Positions 1-9,722 are shown, counted from the stretch's first letter. The stretch is 64,000 bases of DNA from an uncultured Parcubacteria group bacterium (GCA_947084965.1 CAMTUG010000002.1:79434-143433); one strand, 5' to 3'. Program-made: numbers and translations. The notes: a model not told the origin generated them from the sequence alone.

Positions 1-631
1 TGGCGTGCCAGCGACAGTCAAGACGATTGAATACGATCCAATCCGTGGCGCACGTATCGCTCTCATTTCTTACAAGGATGGGGAAAAGCGCTACATGCTT
101 GTGCCTGCTGGCGTGTCCGTTGGGGACACGGTCATGTCTGCCAATGTGAAGGATGGAGCTGAAGTTAAAGTCGGAAATCGTCTGCGCTTGGAATTTATGC
201 CAGTGGGTGCGCAGATTTGTAATGTTGAACTCGACCCAGGCAAGGGCGGCCAGATGGCTCGCGGTGCTGGGGCTACCGCCACTCTCGTTTCGATTGAAGG
301 AAATTTTGCGACGGTGAAATTGCCGTCCGGTGAAGTTCGCAAGGTGCGCAAAGAATGTATGGCCACGATCGGACAGGTCAGCAACCCAGATTGGCGCTTG
401 GTGCGCTGGGGGAAGGCAGGTCGTTCCCGCAACCGTGGGATCCGTCCAACCGTTCGTGGTAAGGTCATGAACCCGGTTGACCACCCGCATGGTGGTGGGG
501 AAGGCCGCAACCCGATCGGTATGCCGTATCCGAAGACCCCGACCGGTCGCCATGCCCTTGGTGTGCTTACCCGCAAGAAAAAGGCGTCGGACGCGCTCAT
601 TCTAGAACGCCGTAAACGCCGCAACGGTTAA
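1..631 (+). CDS. rplB: 50S ribosomal protein L2 (5'-partial, runs off window start)
   Basis: Translation ...[32 protein letters not shown]... is the conserved L2 C-terminal core; first gene of the S10-type block. Confidence 0.9.
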   Translation, partial: GVPATVKTIEYDPIRGARIALISYKDGEKRYMLVPAGVSVGDTVMSANVKDGAEVKVGNRLRLEFMPVGAQICNVELDPGKGGQMARGAGATATLVSIEGNFATVKLPSGEVRKVRKECMATIGQVSNPDWRLVRWGKAGRSRNRGIRPTVRGKVMNPVDHPHGGGEGRNPIGMPYPKTPTGRHALGVLTRKKKASDALILERRKRRNG

Positions 632-639
632 TTGCCAAT

Positions 640-969
640 ATGTCACGCAGCTCAAAGAAAGGTCCATACGTGGACGAAAAATTGATGAAGAAGGTAGGAA
701 AGTTGAAGGTCGGCGATGCCACGGTTATCAAAACCTGGGCCCGCGCCTCAACGATCACCCCAGAAATGGTTGGGTTTACCTTCGGCGTGCATAACGGAAA
801 CAAGCATATCAGCGTGCGTATTGTCGAAAACATGGTTGGACATAAGTTGGGTGAATTTGCTCCAACGCGTAAGTTTGTCCGTCATGGTGGTACAGATAAG
901 GGCGCCCCAGCCGCTGGTGCCGCCCCAGCTGCCGCCCCAGCCGCTAAAGCTCCGGCCGGCAAAAAATAA
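640..969 (+). CDS. rpsS: 30S ribosomal protein S19 with Ala/Pro-rich C-terminal extension
   Basis: [15 protein letters not shown]...[22 protein letters not shown]; C-terminal tail [21 protein letters not shown]. Confidence 0.9.
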   Translation: MSRSSKKGPYVDEKLMKKVGKLKVGDATVIKTWARASTITPEMVGFTFGVHNGNKHISVRIVENMVGHKLGEFAPTRKFVRHGGTDKGAPAAGAAPAAAPAAKAPAGKK

Positions 970-972
970 TGT

Positions 973-1374
973 ATGGAAGTGAAAGCATCAACAAATTTCT
1001 TGCGCATCGCCCCACGTAAAGTGCGGCTGGTGATTGACGCTGTCCGTGGACAGAAGATCGATCAGGCGATCATTCGTCTTCGATTTATTGAGAAGGCAGC
1101 AGCAGAACCGGTGCTCAAGTTGTTGAAGTCGGCCGTTGATAATGCCCGTCAAAAGGGGCTCGATGTCTCAACGCTCGTTGTGAAGGAGATCCTTGCCAAT
1201 CAAGGCCCGATCATGTATCGTTACCGCCCCCGCGCGATGGGTCGAGCGACCCCGATTCGCAAGCGGACGACGCACGTGAATGTGGTTTTGGAAGGAAAGG
1301 AAGGAACAGAGAAGAAGGAGGAAAGTGGAAAGAAGAAAGTGGAAAAGAAGGTAACCACAAAGACAAAGAAATAA
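973..1374 (+). CDS. rplV: 50S ribosomal protein L22 with Lys-rich C-terminal extension
   Basis: MEVKASTNFLRIAPRKVRLVIDAVRG... L22 fold signature; KKEESGKKKVEKKVTTKTKK tail. Confidence 0.9.
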   Translation: MEVKASTNFLRIAPRKVRLVIDAVRGQKIDQAIIRLRFIEKAAAEPVLKLLKSAVDNARQKGLDVSTLVVKEILANQGPIMYRYRPRAMGRATPIRKRTTHVNVVLEGKEGTEKKEESGKKKVEKKVTTKTKK

Positions 1375-1375
1375 T

Positions 1376-2038
1376 ATGGGTACCAAGGTCAATCCACGCG
1401 CACATCGCCTTGCCACCATTCAGCCGCCGGATGCTAAGTGGTTCGCCCGCGGGGCACGTTTCCGCCAATTCTTGATGGAAGATGTTAAGATTCGTGCTTT
1501 CCTTACCAAGAAATTGCGTGAGGCATCGGTCGATCGCATCACGATCGAACGCACCAACCAGAACGTCAGCATCACCATCCATACCGCAAAACCAGGTGTG
1601 GTTATCGGTCGCGCCGGTGCCGGGGCAGAAGATATCAAGAAGGAATTGAAGAACCTCTTCTACCGCGGTCGTCGTGTCAACATCAACTTGAACGTGCAAG
1701 AAGTCGCCCATCCAACGAGCTCGGCCGCCATCGTTGCGGACCAGATCGCGATGGAGATCGAAAAACGCATGCCGTTCCGCCGTTCCATGAAGACCGCCAT
1801 TGAGCGGGTCATGAAGGGTGGGGCACTCGGGGTGCGCGTCAAGTTAGGTGGTCGTTTGAACGGGGCAGAAATCGCGCGCACCGAAGCGCTCTCTTCTGGA
1901 ACGATCCCGCTGCAGACGATGCGTGCAGATATCGACTTCTCCCGCAAGACCGCCAACACGATGTACGGGGCGATCGGTGTCAAAGTCTGGATCTATCGTG
2001 GTGAGATCTTCGAAGAAAAGAAAAAATCCGCTGAATAG
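1376..2038 (+). CDS. rpsC: 30S ribosomal protein S3
   Basis: [12 protein letters not shown]... KH-domain S3 sequence; start fused as TAATATG. Confidence 0.92.
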   Translation: MGTKVNPRAHRLATIQPPDAKWFARGARFRQFLMEDVKIRAFLTKKLREASVDRITIERTNQNVSITIHTAKPGVVIGRAGAGAEDIKKELKNLFYRGRRVNINLNVQEVAHPTSSAAIVADQIAMEIEKRMPFRRSMKTAIERVMKGGALGVRVKLGGRLNGAEIARTEALSSGTIPLQTMRADIDFSRKTANTMYGAIGVKVWIYRGEIFEEKKKSAE

Positions 2039-2043
2039 TTGAT

Positions 2044-2457
2044 ATGTTCATCCCGAAGAAAGTCAAACATCGTAAATGGCACAAAGGACGAGCGAACGGC
2101 AAGCGCATTGCTTCGTCTAAGCTTACCGTTGCCTTCGGCGAGTTTGGCTTGAAAGCCACCACGGAATCCTGGGTGACCAGCCGGCAGATCGAAGCGGCGC
2201 GTCGCGCCATGACCCGCTACGTCAAACGCGGAGGCAAGATCTGGATTCGCATCTTCCCTGACCATCCAATTACCACCAAAGGGGCCGAAATGCCGATGGG
2301 TAAAGGAAAAGGTGCCGTGGATCATTACGTCTGCCCGGTTCGTCCAGGTACGGTGATGTTCGAGATGGGTGGTATTCCAAAGGCCACAGCCGAAGAAGCA
2401 TTCCGTCTGGCTGCCTACAAACTTCCGGTCAAGACCAAGTTTATTGAACGCACCTAG
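2044..2457 (+). CDS. rplP: 50S ribosomal protein L16
   Basis: [16 protein letters not shown]... canonical L16. Confidence 0.92.
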   Translation: MFIPKKVKHRKWHKGRANGKRIASSKLTVAFGEFGLKATTESWVTSRQIEAARRAMTRYVKRGGKIWIRIFPDHPITTKGAEMPMGKGKGAVDHYVCPVRPGTVMFEMGGIPKATAEEAFRLAAYKLPVKTKFIERT

Positions 2458-2458
2458 T

Positions 2459-2653
2459 ATGAAATTGGCAGATTTGAAAAAGAAGTCGATGACCGATTTG
2501 GACAAGCTCATGGCCGAGCATCGCTCGCGCCTCCAGGAGTTGTCCTTCAAATTGAACGCCAATCAGGTCAAGAACGTGCGCGAAGTTCGCGTCGTTAAAA
2601 AAGAGATTGCACGTATTCTCACCTTGAAGAACGCCGCCAAGGCCGCCAAGTAA
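2459..2653 (+). CDS. rpmC: 50S ribosomal protein L29
   Basis: MKLADLKKKSMTDLDKLMAEHRSRLQELSFKL... ; the ORF-track start at 2369 is an upstream extension overlapping rplP. Confidence 0.85.
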   Translation: MKLADLKKKSMTDLDKLMAEHRSRLQELSFKLNANQVKNVREVRVVKKEIARILTLKNAAKAAK

Positions 2654-2655
2654 TT

Positions 2656-2895
2656 ATGGAAGCAACTATCACCAAGCGCCGCATCGAAGGAATCGTCGTC
2701 AGCAATAAAATGATGAAGACGATCGTGGTTCGTGTTGACCGCACACTCGTCCACCCGAAATACGGCAAGCGTTATGTGGTTTCTAAGCGGTTCAAAGTCC
2801 ATGTCGAAGGCGACAAGCCAGAAGTGGACACCTTGGTGACGATTGAAGAATGCCGACCAATATCAAAGGATAAACGATTCCGACTTGTGAAATAG
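2656..2895 (+). CDS. rpsQ: 30S ribosomal protein S17
   Basis: MEATITKRRIEGIVVSNKMMKTIVVRVDRTLVHPKYGKRY... Confidence 0.9.
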   Translation: MEATITKRRIEGIVVSNKMMKTIVVRVDRTLVHPKYGKRYVVSKRFKVHVEGDKPEVDTLVTIEECRPISKDKRFRLVK

Positions 2896-2986
2896 TATGA
2901 AATTCGAATCTCTAAATACGAAATCAGAAACAAATCAGAAATTTCAATTTCGAATTTCGAAATTCGGATTTCGAATTTAATCAGAT
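2896..2986. repeat. TTCGAAAT-rich imperfect inverted-repeat element, copy A (between rpsQ and rplN)
   Basis: gaaattcgaatctctaaatacgaaatcagaaacaaatcagaaatttcaatttcgaatttcgaaattcggatttcgaattt; same motif family as 8810-8927 and 9723-9840. Confidence 0.6.
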
Positions 2987-3358
2987 ATGGTTCAACATCG
3001 CTCAATGATCGGCGTCGCGGATAACACAGGGGCTAAAAAGCTCCAGGTGATTCGTGTCCACGGTGGTTACCAAAAGCGTTATGCCTTTATGGGCGACGTG
3101 GTGACCGCTGTGGTTAAAATTGCCACCCCACACAACGCGATCAAAAAGAGTGACGTTGTGCACGCCGTGATCGTTCGCGCTAAAAAAGAGATTCGTCGCC
3201 CGGACGGTTCGTACATTCGCTTTGATGAAAACGCCGCCGTCATCATCGATCGCAAATCGAAGGAACCGAAAGGCACGCGTATCTTTGGACCGGTGCCACG
3301 CGAACTGCGCGATCTCGGGTTTACGAAGATTATTTCCTTGGCCCCTGAAGTGCTCTAA
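2987..3358 (+). CDS. rplN: 50S ribosomal protein L14
   Basis: [24 protein letters not shown]... Confidence 0.92.
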   Translation: MVQHRSMIGVADNTGAKKLQVIRVHGGYQKRYAFMGDVVTAVVKIATPHNAIKKSDVVHAVIVRAKKEIRRPDGSYIRFDENAAVIIDRKSKEPKGTRIFGPVPRELRDLGFTKIISLAPEVL

Positions 3359-3359
3359 T

Positions 3360-3686
3360 ATGAAGCTTAAAGTTGGCGACAAGGTCCGTATCATTACGGG
3401 CACAGAAAAAGGCAAAGAGGGGAAGATCACTCAGGTGTTCCCGAAGGATTCGCGTATCATTGTGGAAGCAATCAACGTCAAGACCAAGCATTTGAAGGGC
3501 CGCAAAGGCAGCGCTCAGAAGGGTCAGAAAGTTGAATTCGCCGCCCCAATCCATATTTCTAATGTTGCCCTCGTCGGTTCTTCCATCAAGTTCGGCCGCG
3601 TTGGAATGAAGATGTTGAAAAAAGACGGCAAACTGGTAAAGACCCGCGTCTTGCACAAGGCCGGTAAGGTTGAAGACATCGCCTAA
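3360..3686 (+). CDS. rplX: 50S ribosomal protein L24
   Basis: MKLKVGDKVRIITGTEKGKEGKITQV (KOW motif); ORF-track start 3222 is an in-frame extension into rplN. Confidence 0.88.
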   Translation: MKLKVGDKVRIITGTEKGKEGKITQVFPKDSRIIVEAINVKTKHLKGRKGSAQKGQKVEFAAPIHISNVALVGSSIKFGRVGMKMLKKDGKLVKTRVLHKAGKVEDIA

Positions 3687-3687
3687 T

Positions 3688-4251
3688 ATGATCAAGCTCA
3701 CCTCTGAAATGTATCGCAAAGAGATCGCGCCGGCTTTGAAAGAAAAGTTCGGTTGGTCCAATGTGAACCAGGTGCCGGTGATCAAAAAGGTGACCTTGAA
3801 CGTCGGCTTGGGCAAGGGGCTTAAGGATTCGCGTTTCACCGACGCGGTGGAAGCGACCTTGACCCGCATCGCCGGTCAAAAGCCGGTCAAAACGCTCGCT
3901 AAGAAGTCGATCGCCACGTTCAAAATTCGTCAAGGGATGCCGGTTGGGATGATTGTTACTTTGCGCGGAAAGCGCATGTGGGCCTTCATCGACAAGTTGA
4001 ACAAGGTGGCGTTCCCGCGCGTCCGCGACTTCCGTGGGATCGGGGAGAGCGCGATTGACAAAGCCGGCAATTTCTCATACGGTTTCCGCGAGCAGCTTGC
4101 CTTCCCAGAAGTGGGGGCAGACGAAGCGGAAATTCCGCACGGCGTGCAGGTAACCATTACCACCACCTGTCGTACGCAAAAGGAGGGATTGGCGCTTTTC
4201 ACCGCCCTCGGATTCCCGTTCGCCAAAAAGGACGGCAAGAACAACAAATAA
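3688..4251 (+). CDS. rplE: 50S ribosomal protein L5
   Basis: [30 protein letters not shown]... Confidence 0.9.
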   Translation: MIKLTSEMYRKEIAPALKEKFGWSNVNQVPVIKKVTLNVGLGKGLKDSRFTDAVEATLTRIAGQKPVKTLAKKSIATFKIRQGMPVGMIVTLRGKRMWAFIDKLNKVAFPRVRDFRGIGESAIDKAGNFSYGFREQLAFPEVGADEAEIPHGVQVTITTTCRTQKEGLALFTALGFPFAKKDGKNNK

Positions 4252-4252
4252 T

Positions 4253-4438
4253 ATGGCCACGCAGTCGCAGATCGCAAAATCCAATCGCAAACCGAAGTTC
4301 ATGACCCGTGTCGTGCGCCGATGCTGGCGCTGCGGACGTCGTCATGGATTTATCCGCGATTTTAATCTCTGCCGTATCTGCTTCCGTGAGTTGGCCGTCA
4401 AAGGCGAGATCCCGGGCGTGACTAAAGCCAGCTGGTAA
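4253..4438 (+). CDS. rpsZ: 30S ribosomal protein S14 type Z (zinc-ribbon)
   Basis: 61 aa, [20 protein letters not shown] = CxxC...CxxC S14-Z. Confidence 0.88.
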   Translation: MATQSQIAKSNRKPKFMTRVVRRCWRCGRRHGFIRDFNLCRICFRELAVKGEIPGVTKASW

Positions 4439-4445
4439 TCACATT

Positions 4446-4838
4446 ATGATCACCGATCCGATTTCAGACATGTTGACCCGAATCCGCAACGCCTCCAAGG
4501 TTAAAAAGGGCGAAGTGGTTTTGCCGTCTTCTATCATCAAATTCTCGATCGCTAAGATTCTTCAGAAGGAAGGATATGTCGCGACGGTGAATGAAACTGT
4601 TGACGGGTTCCGCAAAACGCTGACCATTGGCTTGAAGTACGAAAATGGTATGCCAGTGGTGCATGAAGTGAAGCGCGTCAGCAAACCGGGCCGCCGTGTC
4701 TACGCCAAGTTTGACAAGTTGCCACACGTCCTTTCCGGAATCGGGATGGCGATCATCTCGACCCCGAACGGTTTGATGACGAATAAAGAAGCGCGCGCCC
4801 GTAAGTTGGGTGGCGAGGTGATCTGCGAAATTTTCTAG
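4446..4838 (+). CDS. rpsH: 30S ribosomal protein S8
   Basis: MITDPISDMLTRIRNA... Confidence 0.92.
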   Translation: MITDPISDMLTRIRNASKVKKGEVVLPSSIIKFSIAKILQKEGYVATVNETVDGFRKTLTIGLKYENGMPVVHEVKRVSKPGRRVYAKFDKLPHVLSGIGMAIISTPNGLMTNKEARARKLGGEVICEIF

Positions 4839-4839
4839 T

Positions 4840-5397
4840 ATGTCACGCATTGGTAAACAACCTGTGGTCATCCCGAGCGGCGTCGATGTGACGCTTGCGA
4901 ATGGTTCGATTACGGTCAAGGGTCCGAAGGGGACGCTCTCCCGCGCCATCCACCCACGGATGACTGTGACGCTTGGAGAAGACGAAGGACAAAAGACGGT
5001 CAACGTTTCCATCGGAGAACAGGACGACGTCGAAGTCCGTGCGTTGTGGGGCACGACGCGCTCCAACATTCAGAACATGATCGTCGGTGTTGTTGATGGA
5101 TTCAAAAAGGCGTTGGAAGTTGTCGGTGTCGGGTATCGCGTCAACGCGCAGGGGAATAAAGTTGTCCTTGATGTTGGTTACTCCCATTCTGTAGATTTCA
5201 TTCTGCCAGAAGGAGTGAAGGCAGAAGTAGAAAAGAACACCTTGACGCTTTCTGGTATCAATAAGGAAGTTGTCGGTGAAGCTGCCGCTCAAATCCGTCG
5301 CATCCGCAAGCCAGAACCGTATGGCGGTAAAGGGATTAAGTATGTGGACGAAGTGATTCGTCGTAAGGCTGGTAAGGCCGCCAAGACCGGCGAATAA
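4840..5397 (+). CDS. rplF: 50S ribosomal protein L6
   Basis: MSRIGKQPVVIPSGVDV... two L6 repeats. Confidence 0.92.
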   Translation: MSRIGKQPVVIPSGVDVTLANGSITVKGPKGTLSRAIHPRMTVTLGEDEGQKTVNVSIGEQDDVEVRALWGTTRSNIQNMIVGVVDGFKKALEVVGVGYRVNAQGNKVVLDVGYSHSVDFILPEGVKAEVEKNTLTLSGINKEVVGEAAAQIRRIRKPEPYGGKGIKYVDEVIRRKAGKAAKTGE

Positions 5398-5400
5398 TCT

Positions 5401-5760
5401 ATGAAGGACGTTGTCAAAGAAAAGTTGCGAAAAGCAAAACGCCGCGCCATCCGGGTGCGCGCGAAGATTTCGGGCACCAGCGCTCGCCCTCGTCTGTCGA
5501 TCAAGCGCTCGGCTAAGCATCTGTATGCCCAGTTGATTGATGACGTTGCTGGAAAGACGCTTGCCGCTGCCTCGGACACAAAATTGACCGCCGGCAAACC
5601 GCTTGAACGCGCAGGTGAGGTTGGGAAGGCGTTGGCTGAAGCGGGCAAGAAGGCTGGCATCACCTTGATGGTCGTTGATCGCGGTTCTTACAAATTCCAC
5701 GGTCGTGTCAAAGCGCTCGTCGACGCCGCAGTGGAAGGCGGTATTTCGATCACCAAGTAA
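5401..5760 (+). CDS. rplR: 50S ribosomal protein L18
   Basis: ...[18 protein letters not shown]... Confidence 0.9.
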   Translation: MKDVVKEKLRKAKRRAIRVRAKISGTSARPRLSIKRSAKHLYAQLIDDVAGKTLAAASDTKLTAGKPLERAGEVGKALAEAGKKAGITLMVVDRGSYKFHGRVKALVDAAVEGGISITK

Positions 5761-5762
5761 GT

Positions 5763-6362
5763 ATGGAAAAGAAAGATTTTGGTAATAAGAAACAGGGTGG
5801 CCAAGGTGGCCAACGCGACGGACGCGGCGGAGGCCGTGGACGTGGTGGTCGTGACAATCGTCGCGACGAACCAAAGGAATTTGATCAGAAGATTTTGGAT
5901 CTTTCCCGCGTTACTCGTGTGACGGCTGGTGGCAAGCGCATGCGCTTCCGTGTCCTGTTGGTCATCGGTGACCGCAAGGGTCGCGTCGGATTTGGGGTAA
6001 CCAAGGGCGCGGACGTGCAGATCTCGGTTGATAAGGCGTTGCGTCAGGCTAAGAAGCGCTTGATCAAAGTGCCGTTTGTGAATGAAACGATCCCATTCCC
6101 GGTCACGGCCAAGTTTGCTGCGTCGGTCGTCCTCTTGAAGCCAGCTCCGAAAGGGACTGGGCTCAAGGCGGGGGGCGCTGTTCGATCCGTGCTTGAATTC
6201 GCTGGTGTCCCGAACGCGGTTTCAAAAAATTTGGGAGCCTCTAACCCGATTAACACCGTTAAAGCAACGTTTGAAGCGCTTAAGAAGCTTTCAGAAGGAA
6301 CGAGCACGCTTCAACGCAAGAAGTCTCAGACGTCTGCTGCGGTGAAGGAAGAAAAAGAATAG
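5763..6362 (+). CDS. rpsE: 30S ribosomal protein S5 with Gly/Arg-rich N-terminal extension
   Basis: GGQGGQRDGRGGGRGRGGRDNRRDE then LSRVTRVTAGGKRMRFRVLLVIGD S5 core. Confidence 0.9.
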   Translation: MEKKDFGNKKQGGQGGQRDGRGGGRGRGGRDNRRDEPKEFDQKILDLSRVTRVTAGGKRMRFRVLLVIGDRKGRVGFGVTKGADVQISVDKALRQAKKRLIKVPFVNETIPFPVTAKFAASVVLLKPAPKGTGLKAGGAVRSVLEFAGVPNAVSKNLGASNPINTVKATFEALKKLSEGTSTLQRKKSQTSAAVKEEKE

Positions 6363-6363
6363 T

Positions 6364-6798
6364 ATGGCAGTTGGCATGCACAACATGAAACCACCGGCCG
6401 GGGCGAAGCGCAATCGTAAGCGTGTTGGTCGCGGGCTCGGTTCAACCGGTACCTACTCCGGTCGCGGTGGAAAAGGACAAACAGCTCGTTCCGGTGTTTC
6501 TGGTTTGAAGCGCCTTGGGATGAAGCGTTGGGTTTTGGCTCAGCCAAAAGTCCGCGGGTTCAAATCCTTGGCCCGTGAGATGTTTGTGGTCAATGTTGGC
6601 TCGCTTGAAAAGGCCTTTAGCAAAGGCGGGGAGGTCAACCTTGCTGTCCTAAAGGAAATCGGCCTCGTTCCAAAAACTGCCGCCCATGCTAAACTTCTGA
6701 GTAAGGGGGATCTCACGGTCGCTTTGAAGGTGACAGGAATGGCCGTTTCGGCTGCAGCAAAAGAAAAGATCGAAAAGGCTGGAGGTTCGGTTAGTTAA
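6364..6798 (+). CDS. rplO: 50S ribosomal protein L15 (directly follows rpsE; no L30 gene)
   Basis: ...KRNRKRVGRGLGSTGTYSGRGGKGQ... Confidence 0.9.
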   Translation: MAVGMHNMKPPAGAKRNRKRVGRGLGSTGTYSGRGGKGQTARSGVSGLKRLGMKRWVLAQPKVRGFKSLAREMFVVNVGSLEKAFSKGGEVNLAVLKEIGLVPKTAAHAKLLSKGDLTVALKVTGMAVSAAAKEKIEKAGGSVS

Positions 6799-6810
6799 AT
6801 TTCAACGCGT

Positions 6811-8076
6811 ATGAACGTGTTCCTTCGGATCTTCCGCATTAAAGAATTACGGACAAGCATCCTCTTTGTGTTAGGGATGCTTGTTATCTTTCGGTTAGCG
6901 GCCCACGTTCCGGTTCCGGGGGTGGATCCGTCAGCCTTGACCTCTCTTTTCCAGGGGAACCAGGTTCTTGGACTGCTAAACCTTTTTTCCGGCGGGACGC
7001 TTGAAAACTTCTCGATCGTTGCGCTGGGAATTGCCCCGTATATTACCGCTTCGATTATCTTCCAGTTGTTAGCCATGATCATCCCTTCGTTTGAAGAGAT
7101 GCAAAAAGAAGAAGCGGGTCGTCGCAAAATCAACCAGTACACCCGTATCGCCACCGTTCCGCTCGCCTTTTTGCAAGGCTATGGGATCATCAATTTGCTT
7201 GCGTCTCAAGCCCAAGGACTGATCGTTGATACTGGATGGTTAACGATGCTCCTCATCATGACGACGATGACGGCCGGCACGATCTTCCTGATGTGGCTTG
7301 GTGAATTGATCTCAGAACGCAACATCGGAAACGGTATTTCGATCTTGATCTTCGCTGGAATTATCGCTGGATTACCGACAACGTTTCAGCAGGTGCTCGC
7401 GACCTTTGATCGTTCCCAGGTTTTCGACATTCTGTTGATCCTCGCCTTGGTCATTGTGACGATTGTCGCGGTGGTGATCATCAACGAAGCCCAGCGCAAT
7501 ATCCCGATCCAGTACGCCCGGATGCAGCAAGGCGCGCGTTCGCTTGGTGGTGTTTCGTCGAACTTGCCGTTGCGTGTGAACATGGGAGGAATGATCCCGA
7601 TTATCTTTGCGGTGTCGATCATTCTCTTCCCACCGACGATGGCTCAGTTCTTCCTTCGTGCTAAAACAGAATGGATTGTGAACGCGGCTCAGTTTACGAT
7701 CGATATCTTCACCAACCAGCTCTTCTACGGGTTGATCTTCTTCCTCCTCGTCTTCGGATTCACCTTCTTCTATTCCGGGGTTGTTTTCCACCCGGATCGC
7801 ATTTCGGAAAACTTGCAGAAGCAGGGCGGCTTTGTTCCGGGCATTCGCCCAGGTCGCCCGACCGCCGAATACTTGCAGTGGGTCACCAATCGTATCCTCC
7901 TTCTCGGAGCCACCTACTTGGCCGTTATCGCGGTCCTCCCGATTGTGGTGCAGCAGGTAACGGGTACAGCCCAATTGGTCGTCGGTGGCGCTTCGGTTAT
8001 CATCATCGTCGGTGTTGTTATCGACCTTATCAAACAGATTCAGGCACAACTCTCGATGCACGAGTACGAGCATTAA
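6811..8076 (+). CDS. secY: Preprotein translocase subunit SecY
   Basis: 10-TM protein in the canonical rplO-secY position; LIFAGIIAGLP motif. Confidence 0.92.
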   Translation: MNVFLRIFRIKELRTSILFVLGMLVIFRLAAHVPVPGVDPSALTSLFQGNQVLGLLNLFSGGTLENFSIVALGIAPYITASIIFQLLAMIIPSFEEMQKEEAGRRKINQYTRIATVPLAFLQGYGIINLLASQAQGLIVDTGWLTMLLIMTTMTAGTIFLMWLGELISERNIGNGISILIFAGIIAGLPTTFQQVLATFDRSQVFDILLILALVIVTIVAVVIINEAQRNIPIQYARMQQGARSLGGVSSNLPLRVNMGGMIPIIFAVSIILFPPTMAQFFLRAKTEWIVNAAQFTIDIFTNQLFYGLIFFLLVFGFTFFYSGVVFHPDRISENLQKQGGFVPGIRPGRPTAEYLQWVTNRILLLGATYLAVIAVLPIVVQQVTGTAQLVVGGASVIIIVGVVIDLIKQIQAQLSMHEYEH

Positions 8077-8176
8077 AAGTTAGAGGTCAGAGGTTGGGGG
8101 AGAGAGGTTGGAGGGGATCTGCGCATCTCCTCTTTCTTCTTTCCTCTTTCTTTTAACCTCGGTATACTCTCCTCGT

Positions 8177-8809
8177 ATGAAAAAGATCCTCTTATTTGGG
8201 CCCCAAGGTGCAGGCAAAGGCACGCAGGCAGAGCGTTTGGCAAAGCATTTGAATCTCCCTGCGCTGTCCATGGGTGATTTATTGCGTCGTGAGCAGGCGA
8301 AGGGGAGCGAAATCGGCCGACAGATCGTGGAGATTATGACCCACGGCGGGTTGGTATCTGATCAGATTGCGGTGGAGGTGCTCAAAGCTCGATTGAAAGA
8401 ACCGGATGCGGCCGGGGGGTACATTATCGACGGCTATCCGCGCAACATGGAGCAGTACAAGGCCTACGTCGCCTTTGATCACCCGACCGACGTCATCGTC
8501 ATCGACGTGCCAGACGAAGAGTCACTCAAACGTCTCGCTGGTCGTCGCACCTGTGTAGGTTGTGGCAAGGTCTATCACATTGATTTCGCCCGCCCTAAGG
8601 TGGCAGATATCTGCGATGTTTGTGGTGGATCGCTTGTGCAGCGCGAAGACGATAAGCCAGAAGCGATCCTGAAGCGTTTGGGGATTTATCATAACGAAAC
8701 AGAACCGATGGCCAAAGAATTTGAAGCCCTTGGTGTCCTCCGCCGAGTGGATGGAATGGGATCGATCGACGAGGTGGAAGCAAAAATTCAAATGGCCCTT
8801 GGAGTGTGA
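8177..8809 (+). CDS. adk: Adenylate kinase (zinc-lid type)
   Basis: MKKILLFGPQGAGKGTQAERLA (P-loop); CVGCGKVYH...CDVCGG zinc lid; ORF-track start 8108 is an N-terminal overcall. Confidence 0.9.
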   Translation: MKKILLFGPQGAGKGTQAERLAKHLNLPALSMGDLLRREQAKGSEIGRQIVEIMTHGGLVSDQIAVEVLKARLKEPDAAGGYIIDGYPRNMEQYKAYVAFDHPTDVIVIDVPDEESLKRLAGRRTCVGCGKVYHIDFARPKVADICDVCGGSLVQREDDKPEAILKRLGIYHNETEPMAKEFEALGVLRRVDGMGSIDEVEAKIQMALGV

Positions 8810-8927
8810 AAACTCGAAATGTGAAATCCGAAATTCGAAATAAATTTGAATCGGAGATAGAAAATGTTCAAATTCGAATTTTTCGGTTTCCGGTTGTTTC
8901 GAATTTTGGATTTCGGATTTAATACGT
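8810..8927. repeat. TTCGAAAT-rich inverted-repeat element, copy B
   Basis: gaaatccgaaattcgaaataaatttgaa ... ttcaaattcgaatttttcgg ... tttcgaattttggatttcggattt; the arms are reverse complements. Confidence 0.6.
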
Positions 8928-9722
8928 ATGGCGATGACTAAAACAACAGAAGAGATTGATGCGATTCGCGAAGGCGGGGCGTTATTGTCGCGTTCGTTGC
9001 AAACGGCGATCGATGCGGCCAAGCAAGGGGTGACACTGCGTCAGCTCGATAAGATTGCGGAAGAGGCGATTCGTGCCGGTGGAGGAACGCCGTCGTTTTT
9101 GGGATACAAATCGCGCAGTAGCGACGAAGGATTTCCTTCCACCGTTTGCATTTCGGTCAACGACGAAGTCGTTCATGGGTCGGGCGCACGCGATGTTGTT
9201 TTGAAAAATGGAGATCTCCTCGGACTCGATATCGGCTGTTGGTACAAAGGATTGTGCACGGACATGGCGGTGACGATTCCGGTCGGAGGGTTCAAGGCGA
9301 TCCCGGACAAGCACAAAGAGTTGTTAACGGTGACGCGGGCATCGATGATGGCTGGGATTGAGGTCGCACGTGTTGGTGGAGATATCAAAGATATTTCTCG
9401 GGCGATCGAAGAATACGTTCGACCGTTTAAGTTTGGGGTTGTCCGGGCATTAGTCGGACATGGGGTAGGGCACAAAGTTCACGAAGATCCGCACGTGCCG
9501 AATTTTATTTCGAACCAATTTCCTTCTGTGCCGATTCAGAGCGGAATGGTGTTGGCGATTGAGCCGATGCTGACGCTTGGCGGCTGGCAGGTAGAAACAG
9601 GGGATGACGGTTGGACGATCAAGACGGTCGATGGCTCACTCGGCGCGCATTTTGAGTTAACAATTGCGGTGACAAAGGATGGGGTGGAGATTTTGACCCC
9701 TCCGCCAAATGTGGGGTTTTAA
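8928..9722 (+). CDS. map: Methionine aminopeptidase type I
   Basis: pita-bread metalloprotease motifs ...DIGCWYKGLCTDMAVT...VGHGVGHKVHEDP... Confidence 0.9.
   Translation: MAMTKTTEEIDAIREGGALLSRSLQTAIDAAKQGVTLRQLDKIAEEAIRAGGGTPSFLGYKSRSSDEGFPSTVCISVNDEVVHGSGARDVVLKNGDLLGLDIGCWYKGLCTDMAVTIPVGGFKAIPDKHKELLTVTRASMMAGIEVARVGGDIKDISRAIEEYVRPFKFGVVRALVGHGVGHKVHEDPHVPNFISNQFPSVPIQSGMVLAIEPMLTLGGWQVETGDDGWTIKTVDGSLGAHFELTIAVTKDGVEILTPPPNVGF

Noticed and set aside
4843-5874. 343-aa minus-strand ORF antisense to rplF/rplR/rpsE
   Set aside because: It is antisense to three highly conserved ribosomal protein genes. The translation has no recognisable features.
7372-8073. 233-aa minus-strand ORF antisense to secY
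   Set aside because: It is antisense to a conserved essential gene. Its composition is charged low-complexity (DDDDN, EEEDQ).
8108-8176. N-terminal extension of adk (MEGICASPLSSFLFLL...)
   Set aside because: It falls within a purine/pyrimidine-rich hairpin-like intergenic region. The conserved adenylate kinase P-loop protein starts at MKKILLFGPQGAGKG (8177).
8522-9022. 166-aa minus-strand ORF spanning the adk-map spacer
   Set aside because: It covers the TTCGAAAT repeat element (translating to a FEFRISHFEF-type repeat) and the map start. It is a repeat artefact.
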